DNA of 64,000 nucleotides. It comes from Anolis carolinensis. Taxonomy: Eukaryota. Below are positions 12,992-26,336 of the stretch, piece after piece. The number at the start of each line of letters is the position of its first letter. The first letter of the stretch is position 1. The stretch is taken from contig NC_085842.1 of NCBI RefSeq assembly GCF_035594765.1, positions 221,537,747 through 221,601,746 of the forward strand, in the 5' to 3' direction. Both the position numbers and the translations under genes were made by a program. Below the pieces are notes generated by a model that was given only the letters and a program-made list of their open reading frames with translations, was not told the origin of the DNA and did not search any database.

Positions 12992-14192
12992 TTAGAGATT
13001 CTATAATTCTTAGGAGCACAAAGCTTTAGAAGTCAATTTGGGTCCAACATTTTATTCAGCAATAGGGTAACCCTGAATTGAGATTCAATCAAAACAAGCA
13101 TGACTTTGTATTGCAACATGAATTTTAATAAATGATTTTTCTTCCAACTATAAGAACAATAATATCACTACTTTATATAACAGTGTGTTGATATTTTCTT
13201 TTCTTCTATTACCAGCTCAATTGTATACATGCCTGGTTAAAGGTTAGTCCTACTAAGCTCAATAGATCTTACTTTTAAAAAGGTAGGCAGAGGGACTCAA
13301 TCTAAGTACTTTGCTGCTAATGAAGATCATTAATCTGAATGATTCAGGTTATCAAATATGAAATTTGAATGTTATTCAGCATAATTAACTACACTGATGA
13401 AGAAATAGAGCACTGGCATCTGACTCTGTCTCACTCTCTAATATGACGTATTGAAAATTTCTAAATTTCAACAATGCGAAAGTCATGAACTCCATCACAA
13501 TTATGTGAGATATGCTATCTAAATGCTGCTTTCATAACCCCATTACTAATCTGATCAAATAGAGCTACATTTCCATAATGAAATCTACAATTTAAATTTA
13601 TCAAATCTAGAAAATCCATACTGGGGGTTTCTACAGGATAACTTTATGAAAAAATGTTTCCCTACCAACGTGTTAACTGCAAAATTCTTACAACAATTTT
13701 CACCACCTTTGGAGAGCAGGTGGGATATTAAAATTGTATGGTGCTTTCTTCTGAAGCAGATGTTATTAAAATGTCTGTAAAACATTGAAAGTATATGGAG
13801 AGGACAATAAAACTCAAGAATGTGATAAAAATCCTAAGTTAATTATAGGTTTTAATTAACACAAAAATATATTAATCAAGAACGTAATGGCAAAGCCCCA
13901 AGTTACTGATATCTGAATAGTGGTCAAATAATGGATTTGAATAAATTAAAGCTAGTCCAATGGGATGCTACCCATACCAAGGAATTCAAAGCAGCTTTGT
14001 GACAATGCAAGCAGGGGGTTCTATCATCCTAGTGCAACATTCTAGTTGGATTCATTAACAAAGTGAATCTGGAAGAGAATTTTGGGATTAACTGATGAAC
14101 ATTGTGAAGAGTTTGCCATATCTAGACTTTCTAGGATCTCACCAGATTTTGATAAAAATGAAATTTCAAGCTGGGGAAATGGCAGCTTCAGT

Positions 14193-14471
14193 TTTTTGGG
14201 GGTTTTTTTTCGTGTCAGGAGCAACCTGAGTCACTTCTGGTGTGAGAGAATTGGCCGTCTGCAAAGACGTTGCCCAGGGGACGCCCGGATGTTTCTTGAT
14301 GTTTTTACCATTCTTGTGGGAGGCTTCTCTCATGTCCCCGCATGGAGCTGGAGCTGATAGAGGGAGCTCATCCGCGCTGTCCCCGAGTGGGATTCGAACC
14401 TGGCAGCCTTCAGGTCAGCAACACAACCTTCAAGTCACAAGTCTTTAATCCATTACGTCACTGGGGGCTCA
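14193..14471 (-). mobile_element. tRNA-derived SINE (Anolis SINE2-type)
   Basis: Homologous to 4299-4555; TSD gcagcttcagt. Confidence 0.9.
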
Positions 14472-14841
14472 GCAGCTTCAGTGTCAGTATGTCAATTAAT
14501 CTTCTCCAGGTTAAGGGAGCTGCACAAAATATTTAAAACTACCCCCTATATTTTCAGTATCTTAGAGAAGTCCTTAAAGCTTTATGTCAAAAGGTGTATG
14601 ATGGCAGAAGGAGACTGATAAAAATATCCAAGGAAATGTTCATGCTCTACTGGCATTGAACATGTTCTTTGATGACCAACATGAGAAATAAAGAGGCCAG
14701 AGAAAAAAGGGGGTAAATTGGGCCATTTATTAGCCTATATATTATAGCTTCTAGACAGATATTCAACCTGGGGAAGTGAACTCAATTTGAAATAAATGGG
14801 ACAGAAGGTCTCATATTTATGACATCACCCTCAGCTTACTT

Positions 14842-15388
14842 GGGGTACTTCACCACAGCGGAGAAGTCAGCTTCGACCCAGGTTTAAAAAACCCAGGTTG
14901 GAGTGGACTGTAGTCTGCACACCAGTTGCAAAAGATGCGCTTTTGTGGCAGAGTGTCCAGATGTACTCCCGGTGCCTTCTGGGAGAACACCCAGACACTC
15001 TAACCCCTCTCCACACCTCTTTAAAAAGCATAAAAACAATATAACTTACCTGGCCAGCATTTCCTGTCATTCCTCCATGCCAGGAGAGGGCCAGCAGAAG
15101 GGAAATGCTGGTCAGGTAAGTTATTTTACTTTTTAAAGGGGTTTGGGGAGCTTTTGGGGAGGAAGTTGTCCTAGTGGTTTTCCAGGCTAATTTAGCCTGG
15201 AAAATCACAGGAAGTAGTGGGTTTATCCCATACTTTCCAAGAAGGCACAGAATATACCCACTATCAAATTAATTCATCACAAATCACTAACCAGAGAATT
15301 AATTCGTGTTTTTCATGGACGTCATCTAGACAGTCCCCTTTCTATTGTGGGAAGTCCTGCATTTTAGGGGCTGTCTGGATGTGCTCTT
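14842..15388. mobile_element. Non-autonomous DNA transposon with internal palindrome
   Basis: Degenerate TIRs; internal motifs shared with 35871-36563. Confidence 0.5.
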
Positions 15389-16058
15389 AGTTTCAAAGCA
15401 AGCAACCAATAAAACTCTTACTACTGCAGGGGCTGGATGGCGCATCAATGCTCAGCTGAGAAAGGAGCTGAAGGAGGGGCATACCAGCCATAACAAGGGT
15501 CCTCAGTAACCTTGCCCATCAGCTCATTATGATGCAAGATGCCCAGCAATAATTCTGGCCTCAATCTTGTGAGGCCAACAAACAGTCTTTTTTCATCACA
15601 TGCTGCACCAGTGATTTGAATTCAGTTTTCTTCGTTTCTTTTTTGGTCTGTATCTTCATGAATTAGGTGGGCTTCAAACTCTTACTACAAAGCACATGGA
15701 TTTGTGGATCTTTTTCAAAACTGCTTCTTGTCAAACTCTATTGAGCCTCCTCAGACCAGACACTTCCATTTCTCAATGGTGACATTGCTATTTTTGTTAA
15801 TTACTATGAACAATCCAATTGATGTCTGAATAGTGCTTTTTTGTGACTGTGTTTTCAACTGTGAAAATTAAAAATACCAATATCCATAGGGAAGTTTCCA
15901 TAAATAAACAAACAAGCAAACCCTCCAGTTTACAGCAAGGAGCAACTGTTGAAGTTATATTCTCCAACAAGAGTACATTTGGATCATAAATTACATCCTC
16001 TACCATGCTGACCCAGTACATAGATGGATACCTATAGCATTCTTTGCTTGCATTAGAG

Positions 16059-16174
16059 CAGTGGTTCTCAAATTGTGGGTCTCCAGGTGTTTTGGCCTAC
16101 AACTCCCAGAAATTCCAGCCAGTTTACCAGTTGAAAGCCAAAACATCTGGGGATTCGCAAGTTGAGAAACACTA
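16059..16174. mobile_element. hAT MITE
   Basis: TIR cagtggttctcaa/ttgagaaacacta; 8-bp TSD cattagag/cattggag. Confidence 0.85.
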
Positions 16175-16926
16175 CATTGGAGGATTAATTCCCTGAAAAG
16201 AGGACAAGACCTTTACACCCCTAAGATTTAAAGACAGATTAAATGTTGGAGGCTGTATTCCTCCCACCCACCTAAAACCCCAAATAAATTAATTCCACCC
16301 ATACAATAGCCATCATGATGTAGTAGTCTGACTGCTTGGCCATGGAAACCCACTGGGTGACCTTGGAGAAGTCACACCCTCTCAGTCTCAGAATAAAGCA
16401 AGAGCACACCCTCTCCAAACAATTTCTTAGGTCTCCATAAATCTGTATATACTACCAACAACACCAAACCACAGAAACATTTTTTTCTATTTGAGAATAT
16501 GTATTAACACATCCCTGTTCAAGTCAGCTAAAATGTATCAGTTCTTTGCCAAAGGGAGTAGAAGGCACTGAAGTGATAAAGTGAAAAGTGGAAACAGAAT
16601 AAAATTTGATGGAAAAACGAATGCAAAGATATCAGCAGTTCTTCTTATACACTTACGAATTGATGAGAGTGTTTCAATTTCAATGGCTGGAGAGGAGAGC
16701 ATAAGAAGGAAAAAGAATGGAATAAGTATCAAAATTGCATTAACACTGAGTGCTTGGCTGTGGGCATTAACTGCAGAAATAATTTAATGTGTAGCCAGAA
16801 AACTCCAGGAGCCATTTTTAGATTGCTAGTGTCCAATGTCATTTTCTGGCATTGATGCTGGAATAACTATTTGAAGGAACAAGAATAGAGAGAGTTTAGG
16901 TGCATCTTCACCTAATGTGGTTTGAC

Positions 16927-17519
16927 ATAGAATCATAGAGTCAGAAGTGCTCTCAAATCCAACCCCCTGCCCCCCTTGCCATCAAACCACCCCCAACTGA
17001 TGCCCATCCACCTCTGATTAAAAACCTACAGAGCGGGGGACTCCACCACACTCTGAGGCAGCACATTCTACCAAACTGTTCGTGCCATTGGGAAGTTCTT
17101 CCTAATGTTAGGGAGAATCTTTTTTTCTTGCAATTCTAATCAATTGCTCCCTATCCTGTTCTCCACAGCTTTCCTCCTCCTCTTTTCAATAGTTTAAACA
17201 CGATTATTATGTCCCATCTCAGCCTTCTTTTCTCCAAGCTACATACTCAGCTCCCTTAGCCACTCCTCATAGGACTTGGTTTCCAAACTCTTAATCATTT
17301 TGGTCACCCTTCTCTAGACACCCTTCTCTAGTTTGTAAATATTTTTCTTGAATTGCAGCGCCCAGAACTGGACACAGTTTTCCAGGTGAGGTCTGACCAA
17401 AGCAGAATAGTGTGGGACTACAGCTTCTCTTGATCTCAACACTATACTCCTATTGATTCAGACTAGAATCACATTGGCTTTTTAAGCTGCCATATCACAC
17501 TGTAGACTCATGGTCACAA
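16927..17519 (-). mobile_element. Older CR1 3' fragment inserted in a MITE (MITE remnants about 16899-16926 and 17520-17680)
   Basis: catagaatcatag tail; similarity to 5567-6152. Confidence 0.8.
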
Positions 17520-17828
17520 CACTTTACCTGTCTTGGCTCATGGGAGCTGTTATTTTACAACGTTATTAGCCAAAAACCTACCTGAGTGCCAGTGCCTCAC
17601 CAAACTACATCTCCCATGATTCCATAGCTTGAGCCATGGTAAGTGATGTAAAACTGCATTGAATCTGCAGTGTGGATAAACACTATGACAGACCAGCAAG
17701 GAGACACATTAAAGAACTCCCAAAGGAATTTTAGGAACTCTCACTAAATTACTTGTTCTCAATAAAATGACAGTTCATAAATTTAAATAATAGCTATCAG
17801 CTTTATCATCAGAAAGAGGCAACAAACA

Positions 17829-17979
17829 TTGGGTTGCTGTGACTTCCCAACCTCTGAGGATGTCTGTAATAGAAGTGGGTGAAATATCTGGAGAGAATGC
17901 TTCTGGAATATGGCCATATAGCCCAGAAAACTTTTAGCAACCCAGTGATTCTGGCCATGAAAGCCTTCGACAACACATC
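17829..17979 (+). mobile_element. Penelope-like element pseudo-LTR fragment with decayed hammerhead ribozyme motif
   Basis: ctctgaggatg...gtgggtgaaatatc..gagagaatgcttctggaa...gattctggccatgaaagccttcgacaacacat, plus a short inverted 5' piece. Confidence 0.75.
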
Positions 17980-19464
17980 AATAAACATTGCTTTGTCAAA
18001 ATTTCTGCAATTTTCTCGGGACATAATTATTGCCTTTTTCCTTTGTGGATTACATCAACAAGCAAGCATAGGAGGACATATACAAGGTGTGGTAAGCCAT
18101 TACGCTATTCAGTCATACAATTTTTAAAAATCAGCAGATATTTTTGTTTAACTGTACCATTTTCATGAGTATTTTTCTTGCAAATGTTTTCTCTTGGCTC
18201 AGAGGGGAAAGGAAAAAAATCACCAGCTGACGTCCTCAATTGGAAGACAAACATAAAGAGTGTTGCTGCATCTCCTTAACCTCTAAAAATAAACCCCCTC
18301 ATTGCAAGCAGCACTGTGTAGGCATTTCTATGTTGTCAGAGAATGAAGAAAAGAACAGGGATAAACCCAATTATTTTCTTATAGCCAGATCCATTCTGGC
18401 AAGCATCTGCAGAGATCTCCAGGAGACATGGAAAGCATTGTCCAGCAATAGAAATATAGCAGTACACATCACCACTCAGTTTCACATTCTCCAGCAACGC
18501 ATTCTCCAGAAATAGTTGTATTAGGAAGGGCTACACTGCTTTCAAAGGGAGTTATGAAGGTTGGAACAGGATTACAATCTGTGTAATGGTTGAAAAAGTG
18601 ACCTGCAACTGAATAAGTCCAACTGGCATCATTGTATTTCACCAAAGGAATGCCAGCCATCGTTCTTTGTTCCTCCATACAAGAAAGTAGTAAAAGAAGT
18701 TTTAGATTTCTGAATATTAGCCATATTTCCATGGACAAAAGCAGTAGTGCACACTATGGCTCTCCCAAGTGTTTGGAACTCCAACTGCCAGAAGCTCTAG
18801 GCAGCTTGTCCAATGGTCAGGAATTCTGGGAGCTGAAGTCCAAAATAGCTGGAGAGCCACAGATTATACAGGCCTGGACTAAAGATGCAAACAGAAAAAA
18901 TGTTATAGGCTGCTCATTTCTACAGAATCATAGGTTACCTCAGTGTACAGACATGTTGGGTGTATATTGCTTGTTCTGTACCTTGAGTTAACTCTCTCAG
19001 GGCCCTTCCACACATGACTTAAACCCAAGCCAAAGTGGGTTCAAAAACCCATTGCACAGGTTTGAGTCCCCACAAGCCACCGAAAACCTGGGCTTTCTTG
19101 GGGAAGGCATGCAGCGACCCCGAAGCCCCCCAAAATAACACCTTAAAGTTTAAAAAACCTACCTGGCTGCCTACCTACCTACATTCCTCCTTTCACTCTC
19201 TTGACATGAGGAAATGACACACCAGGAGACCTGGGGGGGGGGGGGGCGAGGAGGAAAATACCTCCTCTCCCTTTCTCTTGTATTATAGTTAACATGTTTT
19301 GTTTTAATTTTCCATGTATTTTACTTTGTTATTGTTTACTTTATTTTTACATTGTTTACATGTTTATTATCATTTATTTTGTTTATACTGTTATATTGTT
19401 GAGAGCCACTTCAAGTCCCCTCGAGGAGAGGGGATGGGATACGAATAAAGTATTATTATTTTAT

Positions 19465-19654
19465 TATGACACGGCAAACAAGATAGATATGCTGGATTTC
19501 GTATCACAAAATCACAAGTCGAACACTTCCCAAGTGTCTAGGACTGTGTGATGTATTTTCAGATGATGCATGCAGATCCCAGTGGGGTGGCCTTTTGCAG
19601 TTGGCAGATCGTAATTTTGTCAATGTCTATTGTTTCCAAATGTCGGCTCAGATC
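19465..19654 (-). mobile_element. R4/Dong-clade 3' end
   Basis: Homologous to 5036-5447; abuts a (TAT)n tract at the tail of an L2-like element. Confidence 0.8.
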
Positions 19655-19698
19655 CATCAGGCTGCTTACATCTGTCTAAATCACAACACATTCTAGTA

Positions 19699-19833
19699 GA
19701 GTGGTTCTCAACCTGTGGATCCCCAGATATTTTGGCCTTCAACTCCCAGAAATTCTAACAACTGGTAAACTGGCTGGAATTTCTGGGAGTTGTAGGCCAA
19801 AACACCTGGGGATCCACAGTTTGAGAACTACTG
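19699..19833. mobile_element. hAT MITE
   Basis: TIR agtggttctcaa/ttgagaactactg; TSD ttctagta/ttctagtg. Confidence 0.85.
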
Positions 19834-22789
19834 TTCTAGTGGTTATTGCATCACATGACTATATGTGATCTCTCTGTGAACAAGAAGCAACAGTGCTGCT
19901 CTACCAATATTTCTGTAGAGCTTTTGTATCACCAGCTAGACAATGCGGTCTAGGCAATGCAGTACAACCGTCTTAAACAAGCAGTAAACGGTGGGGAATA
20001 AGGTTATTTAACATCATCAAGCTATTGCTGTACACCCTAAAAAAGAGCTGGTGACAAACTCTTGAACCTCTAGCTCAAAGAACAGGTAGCTGTTACTTTT
20101 TATGAGGTGCACAATTATAGCCAAATGGAGCATTGAACCATCAGCTCTCTACTGCTTAACAGTGAGAGTAAACCCTAGTGGTGTCCCCAAAGTTTGATTC
20201 ATTAGGTCTCATTGAGCAAGGAGCTGTACAATGTCTGTACTTAGCAGCAACAAACAGAATTTAAAAGTGTCCCATGGAGATTTCTCAAACACTACACAAA
20301 CACGAGAAGGTGGAGAGGCGACACAATGGAGCTGGCTGCCCTTTCACCATAGGTTAATGAGAGAAGGCGGGGATCCGAGGAGGTCCATTCTGTGGAGGCT
20401 AGCAAGAACCATGCCCCCCCCCCCCAACTCAAAAAGGAAACACAAAGAAGGGAGAGCATGAGAGCTCTGCAAACACGGAGGAAAAATGGCAGTGCGACTA
20501 GCTGGCTGCCACCTCGCTGTAGAGCAAGAAACAGGGTGTGGGGCTTGCAAGGGGGTATGTCCACCTCCGCCTTCAGCAGGTAGGTAGCAAATAGATTTAC
20601 CCCACCTTTCCTGCTTTACCGTGGGCTTAGGGCTCATTGGGCAAGGAAGTATGGAATATAATGGCTGTGCTACACAGCAGCAAAAAGAATTAAAAAGTGT
20701 TCCATGGAGATTTCTCAAATTTTATCTCTACATAGATAAATGGGTTTGTCAGTATACACAGCTTGTGAACAGAGTGTTAAGGAACTGTGCCAAAATCAAT
20801 GACATTGACTAGATGCACATAATTGACATCGAAAAGAAATAGTGAAATAATCATTTCTTGATATGATATGAACAGCAATTAGCCATTTTTAGCAATTAAA
20901 TGAGAGTCATCCATCAGATGTTTCCTTCAGTGCAGTTGATTGTCTCAGCTTGGCATGCCTGAAAACAATGTATTAATCTAAGGTTAAAAAATTGCATTAG
21001 ATAACCTTGTATACCCATTTTGAAGAAGAACCTTGTGCATTTTGAAGGAGCTTGAAAAATACACTGTACATTTTCTCCTTTGAGCCCAACCATGTAAACT
21101 GATGAGTGGAGCCCAAAGGAATTAATGGAAGCAGAAAACAGAAAGAAAGATTAGTTTAAGTGTGATGAGACCATAAGCTGCAGCAAAGGCTATATATCAC
21201 TGTCAGGATCAGGAACCAATCTCAACTGAAGGTCTAAATTACTTTGAATTAGCCCTATGCATTTTCCCCTGTCCTTTTGAGTTTGACTCAGCTTGTTTCC
21301 TGGAAGAGATGATCCCATTAGATCAAACCATCCAGTTCTTATATTGTTTACTTTTGGAACACCTTGATTTATATCAGTGGTATTGTTTGCAATGTGATTA
21401 AATTCACATTTTCTTGTAATGACATGCCACTTACCTATTACAAAGCTCTATAAAGGGAGGAAATCAAAATCCTACATTTCTTCCTACTGCACTCTGATGA
21501 ATCATCTTAAAAGTTGAGTAAATGTTAACTGCTGACATAAGTATGTGATAGCATATATCTCAATCAACCATTCATGTCCATCACTGCAAATTCACCCACA
21601 GTCTATACTCATGATCAAACCCTATTTTTGCAGGTCCTCAAGTCTTACTCTGAACACTCAAGGCCCCTTAACCCTTAAAAGAAATCCCTAAAAATATGGA
21701 AACATGTAGAAATAAGCCACTACAATCCACAATTTCCTCTTTTTTAATCTATAGTCTTTCTCTCCCTGCAACTCACACATTCCCCTATTTTCCTCTGTAG
21801 GCCCTCTGCTTCCCGTTTTGATAGGGGCTATGGAAGGGGAAAAAAAGTATTCATGCTTGCTGTGAGGAGGATGTCTGTTGCCAGTGAGGAAATTGACTCC
21901 TGCCCCGGCCAAAGTTGGCTACTAGGCTTGAGCGATCCATGAAAAAATTGATTCTAAACTCGTTTCAAAAGTAGGGGGCGCCAGCGTTTCGTTTCTGATG
22001 TCATTTCCGAATTTTGCCCCCCAAAAAATTCAAAATTAACGAAAATTCGTTATTTTCTAAATTAATTCGTTAATGGCGGACGCGCATGCGCAGTGGCCAA
22101 AAAAAAACAGCACGAGGGGAGATTTTACAGGACTCTCCCGCCCTCATTTTTTGAGTGATCTTCTTCAAACTTGGTACAGTGGTAGAACACATTTAACACT
22201 GATAGCTCACCAAACTTTGGAACGTTTCCCTTATCCTCTGATTTTTGGCGAATTTTCATAGCTTTTATAATAAACCATTTTTTAATAATTGCAGAAATCT
22301 GTTCCTGGTTTGAAAGTCTTATTTCCTGTTTCATTGGGTTGTCTTTACTGTGAAAGTCATTGTTCTACTTCAGAAACTTTGTTTTTGTGGCTGAAACTTT
22401 GTTAAATTGGTGGACCAAACCATAATATGTTCCATCCATGTCGCTTGCACAAAGTTCAGGCAGTGTCATAGATTTTGCCATGTTTCTATGACAGAACCAA
22501 TTAGGAAATGACATTTATCACCCAGGAACAGAAATCATAGTACACCATCAAATCCTTCCTGACAGATGGCCATCAGCCTCTGAATAAGGAAATTAGTTCC
22601 TGGTTTGAAAGTGCTATTTCCTGTTTCATTGGCTTTTCTGGGCTGAGAGTGTGTGACTTGCCCAAGTGGGTGGCAGAGTGGGGAATCATGCCACAATTGG
22701 AGTCCAAAATTCAAACCTCTTCCTCCCTCCTTCTCTCTAAACTTCTCATACCTTCCAAGAATTCACATACTGTATGAAAGTTTGGTCAA

Positions 22790-23237
22790 GATGGTCAGAG
22801 GAGGGCAACTAAAATGATGTAGGGTCTGGAGAACATGCCCTATGAGGAGTGGCTTGAAGAACTGGGCATGTTTAGCCTGCAGAAAAGAAGGCTGAGAGGA
22901 GACATGATGTATAATATGTGAGGGGAAGTCATAGAGAGGAGGGAGCAAGCTTGTTTTCTCCTGTCCTGCAGACTAGGACACGGAACAATGGCTTTAAACT
23001 ACAGGAAAGGAGATTTCACCTGAACATTAGGAAGAACTTCCTCACTGTGAGCTGTTCAGCTGTGGAACTCTCTCCCCGGGCTGTGGTGGAGGTTTCTTCT
23101 TTGGAGGCTTTTAAGTAGAGGCTGGATGGCCATCTGTTGGGAGGGATTGGATGGTGTCTTCCTGCCTGGCAGAAGGGGTTGGGCTGGATGGCCCACGAGG
23201 TCTCTTCCAACTCTACTGTTCAATGACGCTATGATTC
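22790..23237 (+). mobile_element. CR1 3' fragment inside the hAT element
   Basis: [34 protein letters not shown] peptide and CR1 3'UTR. Confidence 0.9.
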
Positions 23238-23363
23238 TAAGTGAGGACAAAAGGGGGTGGGGAATGTTAAGAGGAGAGAGGGCCTGGAACACCTGGGAAT
23301 TGTAGTTTGCAAGTGGGCATAGTACTATTGGAGAAACGTTTGCTTCAGCCCAATGCTTTTATA

Positions 23364-24374
23364 AATGGTCAATATTCAGAGGCTTCCTTCTCCTGCATTT
23401 TGAAAGCTATTATGATGAAATTTGCCAGAATGGAAGCAAAAATTAAGTACTCTTAGCCTATCAAGTTTCATAATGTTTGACCCATCCACTGATTTTAGGG
23501 GATTTCTGAAGCAACATTTTTTTAAAATGTTAGCAGATCGATAGCCACGCCTCCCTGTCCTTCTTCCTTCCACTTTGATTGGCTTGCTAAGGCTTCTGGG
23601 AAATGGAGTTTTTTCTCTCGTTATGGCGAATTGCTTCATTAATGTTCAATATTCAGAGGCTTCGTTCTCCTGCATTTTGAAAGCTATTATGATGAAATTT
23701 GCCAGAATGGAAGCAAAAATTAAGTACTCTTAGCCTATCAAGTTTCATAATGTTTGACCCATCCACTGATTTTTGAGGATTTCTGAAGCAACATTTTTTT
23801 AAAATGTTAGCAGATCGATAGCCACACCTCCCTGTCCTTCTTCCTTCCACTTTGATTGGCTTGCTAAGGCTTCTGGGAAATGGAGTTTTTTCTCTCGTTA
23901 TGGCGAATTGCTTCATTAATGGTCAATATTCAGAGGCTTCATTCTCCTGCATTATGAAAGCTATTATGATGAAATTTGCCAGAATGGAAGCAAAAATTAA
24001 GTACTCTTTGCCTATCAAGTTTCATAATGTTTGACCCATCCACTGATTTTTGGGGATTTCTGAAGCAACATTTTTTAAAAATGTTAGCAGATCGATAGCC
24101 ACGCCTCCCTGTCCTTCTTCCTTCCACTTTGATTGGCTTGCTAAGGCTTCTGGGAAATGGAGTTTTTTCTCTCGTTATGGCGAATTGCTTCATTAATGGT
24201 CAATATTCAGAGGCTTTGTTCTCCTGCATTATGAAAGCTATTATGATGAAATTTGCCAGAATGGAAGCAAAAATTAAGTACTCTTTGCCTATCAAGTTTC
24301 ATAATGTTTGACCCATCCACTGATTTTTGGGGATTTTTGAAGCAACATTTTTTTAAAAATGCTAGCAGATCGAT
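23364..24374. repeat. 277-bp tandem repeat, about 3.6 copies
   Basis: caatattcagaggc recurs at 23370, 23647, 23924 and 24201; units are nearly identical. Confidence 0.95.
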
Positions 24375-25081
24375 GTCCATGCCTCTCCCTCCCTCCCTCT
24401 TCCGCTCTGATTGACTGAGAGGCATGCCAACATGGCTTCTCCTCTCAGAGGGGCTACAGCTTCATCCAAAGACATCAGAAACAAACGAAAAAAGGTACTT
24501 TTATTATTCAAATTCGTAATATTTGTAAGGGCAGTGAGCAGATGGTTCAATATTAATTCAAAATTGCTTACGAAACGAATTTTTAACGAATTTAACGAAA
24601 TAACGAAAAATTTGCTCTAGCCTATTGGCTACCTTTGAACAACACAAATTAACAATGGTATATATTTTGATGGCTTGAGAAGGTGTCTCATCTTGTAAGG
24701 CTGGAATATCCTATTTCTCAAATTATAACTCACATCAGGGCACAATTATAGTTTGGTTACATCATGCTAACTCCTTAGTAAGGCATGTTTTTGATGCTGT
24801 TGAAGTCCGGCACCTCATTTCTTGAAACTAAATGCATTTGCAGCAATTGCTGCAGTCTTTGTGTTTCACTCACCAGAATGTAAGGACCTCACCACATTGA
24901 TAATTGGAAAGCAGGGGTGAGGGGGGCAGAGGGAACTGTCTTAATTCATTCCCTACTGTCTGTCCTACATTTTTTTTCATCCTTTCCTGGACTTTCTCCA
25001 CTTTCTCCTCGTTTTATTGAGTCAGGAGTTGGGTAGTAACTAACTCCTGAAAACAGCCTTCTCTCTATTTTACCCTACCAG

Positions 25082-25204
25082 CAACATGGATTCCCACAGA
25101 CAGCCACTGGAAGTGGCCATGTATTGTGAGATGTCATTCATGGGACCCGTTTTGCCGCTGTGTGAAAATGGATAGAAGGAGAGTTGGCTACATGGGATGA
25201 AGTC
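25082..25204 (+). other. Candidate non-coding (5'UTR) exon
   Basis: Branch point ctaac near 25040, pyrimidine tract and cag acceptor, donor GTC|gtaagt. All three frames contain stops. Confidence 0.3.
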
Positions 25205-26336
25205 GTAAGTGAAATAAAATATATACCAGCAGGATCCTGCACTTTATTGTGATAAACTTATAGAAGAGGCAACTATTTTTTTTCTCCATGAGATTCTGAA
25301 TGAAGCCTCAGCCCTTTGGCACCATGATAAAAAGCACATATTAATTGAACTGTGTTTTCTGACTCCAATTAGAGAATTCTAAGGTATTGCAAATTATAAT
25401 ATTGATATATCTGCATATATAACAATATTGTATCTTGTCTGAACAGAGCCAAATCTGTTCCAAATACCCAAATAGCATGAGGTAGAACAAAAGTAAAATG
25501 ATAAAAAATAATATGAGGCATTATACTTCTTGCATTCTGAGGTATTCCCTTACCTCAGTGCATTTCAGTGCTCTCAATGGAAGTAGTGTCAGTTTCTTCC
25601 ACTGCTGAGGAAAGGGGTCTACATTCTGATTTGCAATTTAATTGGATTTAAAAACTCAGATCAAGTATGTCCAAACTATTTTGATGATGTTTCATAGGTA
25701 GCTCTATTTATATGGAAGGCATTGTCCCAAAAAATAGGGTATGGCACCCTATTCAGACCCCAACCACATAGCTATACAGAAGTAATGTCAAAATGTTGTA
25801 TTTACCTCCTATGTATAGTACATCTTTATTCCTTTAGCTGCTATAGGACTGTGATTTTTAACACATTATTCAAATCATCCACCTACAGTGTTATGATATG
25901 ATGAATACCAACACTCGGTATGTACTTGAATTAATACCTAAAGGTCCATTCAAACTAATGATCTGAACAGCTTTAAAACAACTCAGAAGAGTTTTGCTAA
26001 GTTTTGAAAACAGTCATTTACATAGTGATTAAGGAGTAACCATCAAAATTAGATATTCAAGATGACAAAGCACACTGAAAATGCCAATTAAAAAGGCAGT
26101 CTAAAGCAGCAATGTGTCAGGAGATTTGTATATTGCTAAAACACAGAGGTAACTAATTACAGATATGAGAAGCTGTCACTCTTACTGTCATTCTCAGTTT
26201 CCACCAATGTTCTTATCTTCTCCTGTTTTGGTTATGTGTTGCAAGACTTTCTTTCCACTTTACAGAAGTTTCTGAATACTTTTCTGTACACTTTTAAAGA
26301 TGAAGCTATATTTTATCTGCATTTTTGTTCATGTTT

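Larger units (their letters stand above)
21923..24624. mobile_element. Non-autonomous composite hAT transposon (2.7 kb)
   Basis: TIR TAGGCTTGAGC/GCTCTAGCCTA; perfect 8-bp TSD ttggctac; no transposase ORF. Confidence 0.85.

Noticed and set aside
23364-24374. CRISPR-like array or repeated small genes (MKQFAITREK... ORFs)
   Set aside because: Contiguous 277-bp tandem units with no unique spacers, inside a eukaryotic transposon; the ORFs are by-products of the repeat.
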